From Dehalococcoidia bacterium UBA6627 (GTDB lineage Bacteria; Chloroflexota; Dehalococcoidia; UBA2979): a DNA stretch of 53,508 nt. The position numbers and the translations under genes were made by a program. Positions 1 to 9,211 of this stretch are shown piece after piece. Numbering within the stretch: the stretch's first letter is position 1; every line of letters starts with the position of its first letter. The DNA is taken from assembly GCA_002455955.1 (NCBI GenBank), contig DKLZ01000047.1, positions 1 to 53,508 of the forward strand, written 5' to 3'. The notes beneath the pieces are model-generated. The model had not been told where the DNA came from. It made no database searches and was given only the letters and a program-made list of their open reading frames with translations.

Positions 1-9
1 CCCCGACCA
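1..9 (+). tRNA. 3' terminal fragment of a tRNA cut by the window edge (CCCCGACCA)
   Basis: The first 9 nt are identical to the last 9 nt (acceptor 3' arm, discriminator A, CCA) of the tRNA-Pro at 43363..43439 and are followed by a T-run. Only a fragment is visible, so identity cannot be assigned. Confidence 0.3.
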
Positions 10-17
10 TTTTTTTC

Positions 18-45
18 TTGACTTTTGGCCACAAAATGGTATTAT
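18..45 (+). promoter_or_regulatory. sigma70-type promoter for tRNA-Lys
   Basis: TTGACT at 18-23 is followed by a 16-nt spacer and an extended -10, TGgTATTAT, at 37-45. It sits about 20 nt upstream of the mature tRNA 5' end at 65. Confidence 0.6.
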
Positions 46-64
46 AATACTGTAAGAAAGTTGT

Positions 65-140
65 GGGCCATTAGCTCAACAGGCAGAGCAGTGGACTTTT
101 AATCCATCGGCCGAGAGTTCGATCCTCTCCGGGCTCACCA
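65..140 (+). tRNA. tRNA-Lys (anticodon UUU), CCA encoded
   Basis: Hand-folded cloverleaf of 76 nt. D arm GCTC/GAGC, anticodon arm GTGGA-CTTTTAA-TCCAT, T arm GAGAG-TTCGATC-CTCTC, discriminator A plus CCA. The acceptor stem has two mismatches at its base (see findings). Confidence 0.8.
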
Positions 141-486
141 AGTTCCTTCTTCGTAATTGCGTCAAGCCGTCTGATCGTGAACGTGGTTGATCCCAATGTT
201 TCAGCTCTCGTAGGCATTTCTCTTTGATACCTGAGCGGGATGACTGAAAACAGTCGACCGGATCTAACATCTAACTTAATGCAGTCGTTGGCCAGAGTCG
301 TTACTGCAATGGACTCAAGTTTTCGCAAGGTATCTGTGGAAGAGGCCCTGTCTCGAAACTCTTTCTGATTACGGTGTGACACCACAAACATTCCAACTAT
401 GACCTCACGTGTTAGCTAGGATGCAAACTACTTCTTAGTTACGACCACATCTGGATCGAACAACTCAGTATTGACTCACCTGCTAT

Positions 487-1737
487 TCATCGCGGCCGAC
501 CACTGCCAGTGTATTGACGTGATCCGGGACCTGCGGGAGGGTCACTTGTTACCAACACATCCGAATCAAACAGCTCGGTGATCGTACTTTCATCGAGTCC
601 GAGATCTTCGCGTAGAACATCGGCGGAATGCTCTCCATGCAAAGGTGCACGAACCACAGGGACTTCGCTCGCAGAAAGGCGTGGGGCCCATCCGAGGACA
701 CGAATCGGGCCGTGTTCCGGGTGGTCTAACTCGTGGATGAATCCACGCCCCTGCATATGACGGTCTTCAAATAGTTCAGCTGTATCCTGTACGGCGCCAC
801 AGGGAACTCCTGCCTCACCGAGAGTTTCGAATACTTCATATTTCGTTCGCTCACTTGTCCACGCACTGATTTCCTCAGTCAGTGCTTCGGCGTTTATCAG
901 TCGCTGATCATCAGTATTGAAACGAGGATCTGCAGCCAGATGTGGCTTACCAATCGCGAGACACAATTTGTCCCACATCTGCTGAGTGACACACAGCATG
1001 ACAACGTGGTCATTCTTACCAAATGGTTTACACGGATAGATGCGCATTGTCGCAGAATCTCGAACAGCGCTGCCATGGCGTGGCCGTCGTGATCCATCCC
1101 AACCTGCTGCCGAAATCGCCGTTCGCATGAAATACGTCAGAGCTTCCTGCATCGATATTTCGATGAACTGACCTTCGCCTGTTCGCGTACGCTGGATATA
1201 TGCAGCCGAGATAGCCAGCGCCAGTTGCAAGCCAGTCCCTGTATCTCCGGTCATTGTCCCTGGGATCAGTGGCGGTCCATCAGCAGTACCGGTCATCGTA
1301 ACCCCGCCGCCCATAGCCTGTGCGACCGTGTCAAACGCACGGTAAGGTGCATATGGTCCACTCAGTCCAAACCCCTTGAGTCGCGCATAGATCAGGCCGG
1401 GATTCGCTTCACGCATTACCTCGTAGCCGATATCAAGTTTCTCCATGACCCCGTACGCATAGTTTTCGACGAACACGTCATAGTGCGGTGCCATTTGTAG
1501 CAGTAAGTCGCGTCCCCGTGGATTCGCTAAATCAAGCGAGATACTGCGCTTATTACTATTCCACTGAATGAAATATGGTGCGTTCCCTGGAGGGTTCTGA
1601 GCTTGTCGTCCAGGGTCACCCGTTGGCGGCTCTATTTTCACAACATCCGCACCCAGCCAGGCAAGTGCTTGTGTGCATGAAGTACCGGCCTCGTATTGAG
1701 TCATGTCCAGAATACGCATTCCGTCTAAAGCAGCCAT
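487..1737 (-). CDS. family III CoA-transferase (CaiB/BaiF family)
   Basis: 416-aa ORF. The N-terminus MRILDMTQYEAGTSCTQALAWLGADVVKIEPPTGDPGR is the typical family III CoA-transferase signature. It is one of three paralogues in the window. Confidence 0.9.
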   Translation of the reverse strand: MAALDGMRILDMTQYEAGTSCTQALAWLGADVVKIEPPTGDPGRQAQNPPGNAPYFIQWNSNKRSISLDLANPRGRDLLLQMAPHYDVFVENYAYGVMEKLDIGYEVMREANPGLIYARLKGFGLSGPYAPYRAFDTVAQAMGGGVTMTGTADGPPLIPGTMTGDTGTGLQLALAISAAYIQRTRTGEGQFIEISMQEALTYFMRTAISAAGWDGSRRPRHGSAVRDSATMRIYPCKPFGKNDHVVMLCVTQQMWDKLCLAIGKPHLAADPRFNTDDQRLINAEALTEEISAWTSERTKYEVFETLGEAGVPCGAVQDTAELFEDRHMQGRGFIHELDHPEHGPIRVLGWAPRLSASEVPVVRAPLHGEHSADVLREDLGLDESTITELFDSDVLVTSDPPAGPGSRQYTGSGRPR

Positions 1738-1770
1738 GATGATCCTCTCGTTGCGATGAAGGCTCTTACG

Positions 1771-2211
1771 TTACTTCTTATCCTCGCCAGGGTAGTGACG
1801 ACCTTCGGCAAGAATTTCCGTCAGGATCCCATCCATACTCTTCGGATAGAAAAAGCATCCTCCGGCTTCTTCCGGATCTTCCCCTGGGATCATTGCCAGT
1901 CCTGTCGCTTGCAGTCGTTCTGCATCAGCGGCGAGATCGTCACTCGCGTAGCAGATATGGTGCAGGCCCGGGCCGCGCTTCTTGAGGAACTTTCCAATTC
2001 CTGTAGTGGGGTCTTCAGGGAGCAGAATTTCCACACGAGTCTCGCCAATGCCGACCTTCACAAACTTAATCTTTGTGCGCCCATTTTCTGCCGCTCGATC
2101 AACGGCGTTACGCACAAGGTCGAGATGAAATCCGAGTTTATCCACGAGAACTTGAGTAGCGTCATCCAACGTCTCAGACACGATACCAACGTGATCGATA
2201 CGAATTAACAT
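1771..2211 (-). CDS. methylmalonyl-CoA epimerase-like VOC/glyoxalase family protein
   Basis: The sequence MLIRIDHVGIVSETLDDA...GPGLHHICYASDD is the VOC-fold epimerase pattern. Start moved to the ATG at 2211, which has GGAGGGG 6 nt upstream; the track ORF extends to 2274. Confidence 0.75.
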   Translation of the reverse strand: MLIRIDHVGIVSETLDDATQVLVDKLGFHLDLVRNAVDRAAENGRTKIKFVKVGIGETRVEILLPEDPTTGIGKFLKKRGPGLHHICYASDDLAADAERLQATGLAMIPGEDPEEAGGCFFYPKSMDGILTEILAEGRHYPGEDKK

Positions 2212-2355
2212 GTCGTTCCCCTCCGCGCAGGCAACACGAACGAGTACTCCAGCAGAACGCTCCGTGAAGTTCATTCAGCGGTACCACCGACAGTCTACTG
2301 ATTTTTGATTGCGCGGATCGTAGTTATTTGGCTATGGGCATCATGGAACCAACCG

Positions 2356-3153
2356 TTATAGGTCAAAGCGGTGCTTACGGAGGCCCATCGGATCGATGCG
2401 ATTACGAATCAAATCAACCTGCTCAACCGTTGGAGGTTCGGTCTCTTGAAGATCAGAACCTACGATGAGTTCGAATCCTGTGTTCGCTTCAATCTCATCT
2501 TGAGTTACACCTGGATGCACGCTGTCCATTCGCATTGCGTGGGTGTCTTCGTCGAATCCCATAATTCCGAGGTTGGTGACCACACGTTGCGGTCCTTGAC
2601 CCGGGATTCCGAGACGCTGGCGACCATTGGTTTCACCGGCTATATGCCCTTGCCCCGTGATGTAATCGACTTTTTCCACGAAAGCGCGTCTCGTGTGCTT
2701 GGGCAAATACGCATAGACCCGATTTGCGTAAAGAAACCAGTCTGTAATGCCGTAACCACCGGGGAATCGAGTTTGCGGTTGCTGATGATCACCAATAAGG
2801 GAAACGTTCACATTGCCATATCGGTCAATTTGCGCGGGCATCGTACTGAATACGTCGATTTTCCCTCGAATACACATACTGACCATTCCGTCGATCGTCA
2901 TATTACGCTGCAGAGCGGTTCCACGAACCGAATCAGGGGAATGGCCCGGACCAATGTTGTCGAACAGCGGATCGACTGAAGAAAGGTAATTATATTTCAG
3001 ATTCGGCGCGTGCGTTAAACGCGCCAACAGCACTGACACAATACCCAATGCTGTTCCGCCACCCTGTGCTACGAATTCTCCATCACGAATCTCGCGCGCA
3101 AGGGAACACACCACTAGTTCGTCAATCGTGTAGTCCGTTGAATATTGAGTCAT
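2356..3153 (-). CDS. family I CoA-transferase, subunit B (GctB/AtoA-like)
   Basis: 265 aa. The start overlaps the stop of the upstream subunit A gene by 1 nt, at position 3153. The layout matches the beta subunit of glutaconate/3-oxoacid CoA-transferases. Confidence 0.8.
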   Translation of the reverse strand: MTQYSTDYTIDELVVCSLAREIRDGEFVAQGGGTALGIVSVLLARLTHAPNLKYNYLSSVDPLFDNIGPGHSPDSVRGTALQRNMTIDGMVSMCIRGKIDVFSTMPAQIDRYGNVNVSLIGDHQQPQTRFPGGYGITDWFLYANRVYAYLPKHTRRAFVEKVDYITGQGHIAGETNGRQRLGIPGQGPQRVVTNLGIMGFDEDTHAMRMDSVHPGVTQDEIEANTGFELIVGSDLQETEPPTVEQVDLIRNRIDPMGLRKHRFDL

Positions 3154-4028
3154 CAGGCACGCACTCCTACTAATTCGAGATATGCAGAAGCATCAGTCGG
3201 CTCATTTACGAAATGCTTCAGGTATTCCTCGAAGGACTCCGGCGTATTAGCAGCCTTCAGGTACTCCTCGAAATGTTCGAGATCGGGCTCATAATAGCCC
3301 GTGACTCCAAACGGGTGAGCGCCGTGAGGTACATGAACGACTGCATCCACATCGTGATAAAGAATCGAGGTTTCATCTGGCGTCGCACGAATTTCCTCGT
3401 TCGTCACGATTTCTTCAGCGGTTAGGATCACTCGCTTCGCACCGCGGACCATCGCAGGTGCTGAAAACGCAGCCATCACGTTGAGGTCATTCGTATCGCC
3501 CAGCTTAGCGTTGCCCTCCGGGTCGGATTTCGGTACATGGACGATCGCAACATCTGGAGTAATCGCTGTGATGGTAACCATTTCTTGTCCATCAACAGGT
3601 GATGTGAATTGATGCCATTCCGGATGATGCTGCAAATGATCATTCTGATAGCCGTGTAACGGGATGAATTGCACTCCCATACTCCCAGCCAGTAATCCCA
3701 ATGTCACCGAGAATTCACTTTCTTCTCTTGTAGTGATCGTACCTTCGATACTGGCCCGCCTGAAATTTGGAGGAACGGCCTGCCCGATAATTCTGAAAGC
3801 GAATGCCTGAACAGCCTTCAAGCAACCGGCCCCGATGAGTAAGTCGCCCTCCAGTCCCATGATTGGTGTGTACAGGTCGAGATCACGTTTTCTTTGGCGC
3901 ACAATTTCTCGTATCAATGCCATCGGTACCAGAGCCACCGGGCCTACAGATGGGGAGGCGATACCAACAGACGATCCGTCGGGAATAAGTTGGGTCGCTT
4001 CTTCGAGAGTCATCAGTTTCGCTGTCAT
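3153..4028 (-). CDS. family I CoA-transferase, subunit A (GctA-like)
   Basis: 291 aa. It begins MTLEEA..IPDGSS and contains LTAEEIVTNEEIR and VPHGAHP, collinear with glutaconate CoA-transferase subunit A as I recall it. Confidence 0.8.
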   Translation of the reverse strand: MTAKLMTLEEATQLIPDGSSVGIASPSVGPVALVPMALIREIVRQRKRDLDLYTPIMGLEGDLLIGAGCLKAVQAFAFRIIGQAVPPNFRRASIEGTITTREESEFSVTLGLLAGSMGVQFIPLHGYQNDHLQHHPEWHQFTSPVDGQEMVTITAITPDVAIVHVPKSDPEGNAKLGDTNDLNVMAAFSAPAMVRGAKRVILTAEEIVTNEEIRATPDETSILYHDVDAVVHVPHGAHPFGVTGYYEPDLEHFEEYLKAANTPESFEEYLKHFVNEPTDASAYLELVGVRA

Positions 4029-4249
4029 TAGTTGATTTGTTGTTATGTCACCTTGCCGTGCGTGCTTCGTCGCGAATGATCGCGAGGTGTCCTACAACCC
4101 TTCCTATCGCTCATGAGAGCAGTTTGAGTCTTCTGCAGTACTTCTTCATGCTCGCTCACGGTTGTTACTCCGCCATTATTGCCTAATTATCGGATATTTG
4201 TCCTGATCTCTTCACATTTGGAATGAAATTGTTATCCGGGTAGGCCTCC

Positions 4250-4279
4250 TTACATACCTATTGACGAATCTATTAGAAT
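4250..4279 (+). promoter_or_regulatory. possible sigma70-type promoter for the DUF1800/DUF1501 genes
   Basis: TTACAT (4250-4255), an 18-nt spacer, then TAGAAT (4274-4279), about 58 nt upstream of the ATG at 4337. Pattern match only. Confidence 0.3.
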
Positions 4280-4336
4280 CTCTTCATCGTATTGCCAATA
4301 CCCGAGGATTCGCTGAATTTGAACGGGAGAGTTTCG

Positions 4337-5749
4337 ATGTCCACGAACCCAGACATCGCCCTGATGGCACATCTCATGCGTCGAGCAGGATTCGGAACAA
4401 ACCGAGAAGAGCTAGAACAGCTTACGGAACAAGGCTATGAAGAAACTGTCGAGCAACTTGTCGATCCACCGTCGTCAATTCCTGGCGCTGATCAATATGA
4501 GCTCTTCCGGTACATGCCATCACTAGAAACCGGAGGACCTAACCCTGTTCCCGGCGCGGCAAATTTGCTCTATCACATGGTGAACACGCAACGCCATCTC
4601 GAAGAAAAGATGGCGTTCTTTTGGCATCATGTCTTCGCCACTGGAAACTCGAAAGTCGACAACGATCAGAATCTGACGATTCAACTTGATATGTTCCGCG
4701 AGCATGGTATGGGCAACTATCGAGACTTACTGATTCGCCTTTCTCAGAGCCCTGCGATGATCTATTGGCTCGATAACAATGAGAACCACAAGCGATCACC
4801 CAATGAAAACTGGGGACGAGAACTCCTCGAATTATTCTCACTTGGTGTTGGGAATTACACTGAAACTGATGTGTTTGAATGCGCAAGGGCCTTCACCGGC
4901 TGGACCATCAATCCTAAGATCCCTCGAACTCCATACCATCGCTTCGCATGGTCTTATTCATTTAGGCCGGAAGAGCACGACTACAGTGAAAAAACCTTCC
5001 TAGGGCATGTCGGGAATTTTAACGGCGATGACATCATCGATATCATCCTTCAACAGCCAGCATGTTCACGGTTTATCGCCCGACACCTGTATAACTTCTT
5101 TGTTGCCGACGAAGCCCAGGTGCCGGCATGGGATATCGAGCCGCCACGCGATCCTGAAGCTATCGATTTACTGGCAGGCACGTTTGTTGACTCAGGTTAC
5201 GAACTTCGGCCAGTTTTGCGAGTCTTGTTTAACTCCGATTTCTTTAAGGAAGCCCGTTTTAAGAAAGTGCGCAGCCCTGTTGAAGTAGTGGTAGGTGCTC
5301 TACGTACTACAGGCGATCTGCAAGGCCCCGACCCCAGATTGGTCGCGATCGCTCAGGAACCATCTCATATGGGTCAGGCTCTTCATAACCCACCGAGTGT
5401 TGAAGGCTGGCAAACTGGCCGTGATTGGATCAACAGCGGATCAGTCGTAAAGCGAATCAACTTCGTGGCGGATCAGGTAAGTAACACGGAGTTACCAGGA
5501 GTTCAGAAACTTGTACAACGTGTCCTTGTTTCGAGCGACAACCAAATCAAAGAGGAAGATTTGGTCGATCGCTGTCTCGATTTGATGGGGCCACTTGAAA
5601 TTTCGGAGGAGACACGCCGCGAACTTATCGCCTACGTTGAGGCGGAAGGTCCGGTGAAGATCTCACCAGACAATGGTCACGATACGGAACAGCGGGTCGC
5701 GGATATGTTGGCGCTGATCGCTGCGACTCCGGAATATCAGTTCGGTTAG
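4337..5749 (+). CDS. DUF1800 domain-containing protein
   Basis: It contains LMRRAGFG, FWHHVFATG, YWLDNNEN and WGRELLELFSLGVGNYTE, which are DUF1800 hallmarks. Start set at ATG 4337 (GGGAGAG upstream); the track ORF starts at TTG 4292. Confidence 0.8.
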   Translation: MSTNPDIALMAHLMRRAGFGTNREELEQLTEQGYEETVEQLVDPPSSIPGADQYELFRYMPSLETGGPNPVPGAANLLYHMVNTQRHLEEKMAFFWHHVFATGNSKVDNDQNLTIQLDMFREHGMGNYRDLLIRLSQSPAMIYWLDNNENHKRSPNENWGRELLELFSLGVGNYTETDVFECARAFTGWTINPKIPRTPYHRFAWSYSFRPEEHDYSEKTFLGHVGNFNGDDIIDIILQQPACSRFIARHLYNFFVADEAQVPAWDIEPPRDPEAIDLLAGTFVDSGYELRPVLRVLFNSDFFKEARFKKVRSPVEVVVGALRTTGDLQGPDPRLVAIAQEPSHMGQALHNPPSVEGWQTGRDWINSGSVVKRINFVADQVSNTELPGVQKLVQRVLVSSDNQIKEEDLVDRCLDLMGPLEISEETRRELIAYVEAEGPVKISPDNGHDTEQRVADMLALIAATPEYQFG

Positions 5750-5788
5750 GAATAGCGGTTTTATCGTTGAACCGAAGGAGCATTTTGT

Positions 5789-6949
5789 ATGACAGCCATA
5801 ACCAAGCCACCAGTATTCGTAGTGCTTCAACTGACTGGAGGAAACGATTACCTCAATTCTGTTGTCCCTTACACCGACCCCTATTACTACGACAACCGCA
5901 AAGGAACTCTGCGAGTCGAAGCAGAAGATGTTCTGAAGCTAGACGCCGAATTCGGCCTGCACCCATGCATGAAGCCACTTCACGAAATTTACGAACGTGG
6001 TGACATGGCGATCATCCACGGTGTGGGGTATCCCAATTCACCAAGATCACATTTCCGATCGATGGATATCTGGCACACCTGTGAACCGGACACTGTCGGC
6101 ACCGAAGGTTGGGCAGCCCGTGCCATCCGTGAACTCGACCCTGAGGGAGAAAACCCTGTCACCGGTGTGAATATCGGTCAGGCCTTGCCCCGCGCCTTAG
6201 TACTGCCAGGAGTGTCGGTCGCTTCGGTAGCTGACCTCTCCAGCTATGGCCTACTCACCGGTATCGAAGTAGAAGAAAAACGCACTCGTTTATTGCAACG
6301 TTTTGCCAATATGTATGGAAAAGCAATCGGAACCGGCGCTGTAAATGACTACCTTGCTCGAACTGGACTCGATGCTCTCAGCGGAGCAGACATATTAAAA
6401 CGTGGATTAGCCAGCTACGAGTCAACAATCGAATACGGTACCGACGAAATCTCAAGAGCAATGCGAGACATTGCGACCATTCATACAGCGGATGTCGGCA
6501 CACGTGTTTTCTACACGCAGCTCATCGGCTTCGACACGCACGCAGCCCAACAACCTACTTTCGAACGCCTCTGGACTGAAGTATCCCGTGCCATCTCAGA
6601 CTTCTGGGATGATCTACGCGAACACGACGCTGACGACAATGTCGTCCTATTCCTATTTTCGGAATTCGGCCGGCGCGTACGAGATAACGGGTCAGGCACA
6701 GATCACGGAGCAGCAGGGGGCTGTTTTGTAATGGGACCATCAGTAGCCGGTGGAATGTACGGAACATACCCAGACAGGAAGCCGGAATCTCTGGATCAAG
6801 GAGACATGATCCCAAATCAAGATTTTCGTGGAGTCTATTCGACAATTCTCGAAGACTGGCTCCAGCTCGACTCCATCCCAATCGTGAATGGCCACTTTGA
6901 GAAACCTCGCTTTATCCAAAGTGCACCTACTGAATTAAGCAGTGTCTAA
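5789..6949 (+). CDS. DUF1501 domain-containing protein (sulfatase-fold)
   Basis: It contains LTGGNDYLN, SHFRSMDIW, FDTHA, FSEFGRR and GTDHG, which are DUF1501 hallmarks. It directly follows its usual DUF1800 partner. No twin-arginine leader is visible. Confidence 0.85.
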   Translation: MTAITKPPVFVVLQLTGGNDYLNSVVPYTDPYYYDNRKGTLRVEAEDVLKLDAEFGLHPCMKPLHEIYERGDMAIIHGVGYPNSPRSHFRSMDIWHTCEPDTVGTEGWAARAIRELDPEGENPVTGVNIGQALPRALVLPGVSVASVADLSSYGLLTGIEVEEKRTRLLQRFANMYGKAIGTGAVNDYLARTGLDALSGADILKRGLASYESTIEYGTDEISRAMRDIATIHTADVGTRVFYTQLIGFDTHAAQQPTFERLWTEVSRAISDFWDDLREHDADDNVVLFLFSEFGRRVRDNGSGTDHGAAGGCFVMGPSVAGGMYGTYPDRKPESLDQGDMIPNQDFRGVYSTILEDWLQLDSIPIVNGHFEKPRFIQSAPTELSSV

Positions 6950-7067
6950 CCATGTTGAAAATAAAAAGCACCGATAGGCTTGTGTAATCCACCTCGTCTT
7001 CCCTGATGGATGCACATAGCTTCAAGCGAACGAAGGCGTTGGCCCAAAATTACCAAGGAGTCTTGTG

Positions 7068-8063
7068 ATGCCGACAAAAACAGTTGCGGGTCGCACCTGG
7101 CACTTCAGTCACTCAGTCGGTCATCACGTGGGCCCGGGAGGGTTCGTACACCCAACCTCCGTCTTAGCTACTCCTGACAACATCGTTTACGTCGCCGACA
7201 CCGGAGCTGCCGAGGGTTACGGTCGAGCTAGGATTCGCAAGCTCCACATTGAAGACGGGTTCATCGATGATTTTGGTACCCGCGATCTCGTTTGGCCTGA
7301 AGGCCTGGCGATTGATCATCTCGGCAATATCTACTGCTCAGACGCACGAACACATCAGATCGTTGTCCATGATCAAAACGGTGAGGAAATCAATGCCTGG
7401 GGTAGTTACGGTGCAGAGGCAGGTCAGCTTAATGGGCCTTCCGGTTTAGTAGTAGATAACGATAACTCACTGCTTGTCGCAGATACTCGTAACCATCGGA
7501 TTCAGAAATTTTCGACCGATGGATCTGCTATTGATAGCTGGGGAACATTTGGTGATGCGCCCGGGCAGTTGAATCGCCCATGGGGGCTTACCATCGACCA
7601 AGCAGGTGACGTGTACGTTGCTGATTGGGGTAATGATCGTGTCCAGAAATTCTCTAGTGAGGGTGAGCTACTAGGACAATTCGGTTCCACGATAGACGAT
7701 GGTGGCCAGTTGACCAGACCGTCTGATGTTGCTGTTGACAGTGAGGGTGACGTCTACGTCGCTGACTGGGGCAACCACCGTATTCAAATCTACTATCCCG
7801 ACGGCGATATCATCTGCGGCCTATATGGCGATGCGCGCGAATTCTCACGGTCGGCGCAGGAAGTAATGGATGTCAATCCAGATCTGGTTGCCGCGTTCGA
7901 TCGAGTGGAGCCAACTGAATTGGTTTCATGGGGTCACTTCGAACGGCCACGAGGCATTGCTATTGATGATCAAGACAGGATCATCGTCACTGACGGAACG
8001 CGGGGTCGATTTCAAGTCTATGCAAAGGACAAAGATTACATCGTCCCTCAATTCAATCTCTGA
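7068..8063 (+). CDS. NHL repeat-containing protein (six-bladed beta-propeller)
   Basis: Motifs of the type G.L..P.G..VD..G..YVAD..N.RIQ.F recur about six times. AAGGAG lies 7 nt upstream of the ATG at 7068. Confidence 0.85.
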   Translation: MPTKTVAGRTWHFSHSVGHHVGPGGFVHPTSVLATPDNIVYVADTGAAEGYGRARIRKLHIEDGFIDDFGTRDLVWPEGLAIDHLGNIYCSDARTHQIVVHDQNGEEINAWGSYGAEAGQLNGPSGLVVDNDNSLLVADTRNHRIQKFSTDGSAIDSWGTFGDAPGQLNRPWGLTIDQAGDVYVADWGNDRVQKFSSEGELLGQFGSTIDDGGQLTRPSDVAVDSEGDVYVADWGNHRIQIYYPDGDIICGLYGDAREFSRSAQEVMDVNPDLVAAFDRVEPTELVSWGHFERPRGIAIDDQDRIIVTDGTRGRFQVYAKDKDYIVPQFNL

Positions 8064-8184
8064 CCCAACTCGTCAAAACATTAACACGACGGTCATCAAG
8101 TTCAATACGGTCGTTTGTTGATAACCTCCAATCGAACAGCGTTAGAGCAGCACTCGATCGTTGGCTCACTCTATCGAGATCCGA

Positions 8185-9003
8185 TTAGTTCGGTATCGGT
8201 GCCGTCATACCTATGTCTATCGGGACTACCCCAGCTTCATCGATAACCTCTTGGCTGTACCGAATACCACCGGTTACCACATCTGGATCGCCTGTTGTGA
8301 GTAGGTGAGCGGCTTCCGCAATAACTTCGACAGGCTCAGCTGCGTCTAACATTTCTTGCGTGTACTGCCTGCCATACATTTGCCCCGGTGTTGCTACTAC
8401 CAATTCTGGCGATAGTGCATTTACGGAGACGTTGTGTTCGTACATTTCGGCCGCAAGTCCTGTAGTGAAGCGTTCGACAGCAGCTTTTGCCATTCCGTAT
8501 ACCGGCCCATCACCATGCTGTCGATCAATTTTTGGGTGAATAGCTGCACGTGATGAGATGTTCAGAATCGAGCCACCAACCCCTCGCTCAATCATCCCCG
8601 GAAGCGAAAGTTGCGCTAGATGAAATGGTGCCTTCACCAAAATCTCCATCATTCGGTCGTAATAACGTTCGGAAAAATCGATAGTTCCCCCTGGAACCAA
8701 AATAGCTCCATTGTTCACCAGCACATCTACGGCACCGTAGATAGCTATGGTTTCAGCAATCAAATGTTCACGGTCTTCTTTCTTCTGTAAGTTGGCCGCA
8801 ATAGCCGTCGCTTCTCCACCTCTTTCGCGGATTGCTTCGACGACGCTGTGGACCGTGCCAGGTAGTTTTTCGTCTCTGACTTCTACTGTTCGAGCGGACA
8901 CGATCACTTTCGCGCCAGCGATAGCTAAACGACGTGCGATCGCTTCACCGATCCCTCGCGAAGAACCTGTAACAATCGCCACTTTCCCGTTCAAGTCATT
9001 CAT
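8185..9003 (-). CDS. SDR family oxidoreductase
   Basis: It has the N-terminal VAIVTGSSRGIGEAIA Rossmann motif, an NNG motif and YGMAK (YxxxK) catalytic residues. Confidence 0.9.
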   Translation of the reverse strand: MNDLNGKVAIVTGSSRGIGEAIARRLAIAGAKVIVSARTVEVRDEKLPGTVHSVVEAIRERGGEATAIAANLQKKEDREHLIAETIAIYGAVDVLVNNGAILVPGGTIDFSERYYDRMMEILVKAPFHLAQLSLPGMIERGVGGSILNISSRAAIHPKIDRQHGDGPVYGMAKAAVERFTTGLAAEMYEHNVSVNALSPELVVATPGQMYGRQYTQEMLDAAEPVEVIAEAAHLLTTGDPDVVTGGIRYSQEVIDEAGVVPIDIGMTAPIPN

Positions 9004-9211
9004 TGCATGATCCTTCCGCTCTCACGATCAGATGCCATCATTGCAGTGTTCTGATGCTGTTTCCACTATTCCTCACGAGGCGAACCGTGCGAATACAGTG
9101 CGAGATAGAGAAATGCCCAGAACATTTCCGATGACCGAGAGGAAATGACCGTTATCATCAGCTCTCGCAGCCTCACAGCAATCCGCCTGAAATTGTATAT
9201 AGAGTCTGACT

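Noticed and set aside
63-140. tRNA-Lys as a disguised tRNA-Sec, because of the possible 9-layer acceptor helix
   Set aside because: The anticodon is UUU, not UCA. The variable region is only 5 nt, the total length is 76 nt and the D arm is standard. None of the six tRNAs in the window is tRNA-Sec, and no selA/selB/selD is present here.
71-391. Track ORFs 71..391 and 76..270 (- strand) as genuine protein-coding genes
   Set aside because: Their 3' portions run antisense through the tRNA-Lys gene (65..140). They have no SD and no recognisable family. Only the weak integrase-like echo in the upstream part is kept, as a low-interest finding.
4261-4279. TTGACG at 4261 as the -35 box paired with TAGAAT at 4274
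   Set aside because: The spacer would be only 7 nt. The TTACAT (4250) -18- TAGAAT pairing is geometrically possible and is the one listed, with low confidence.
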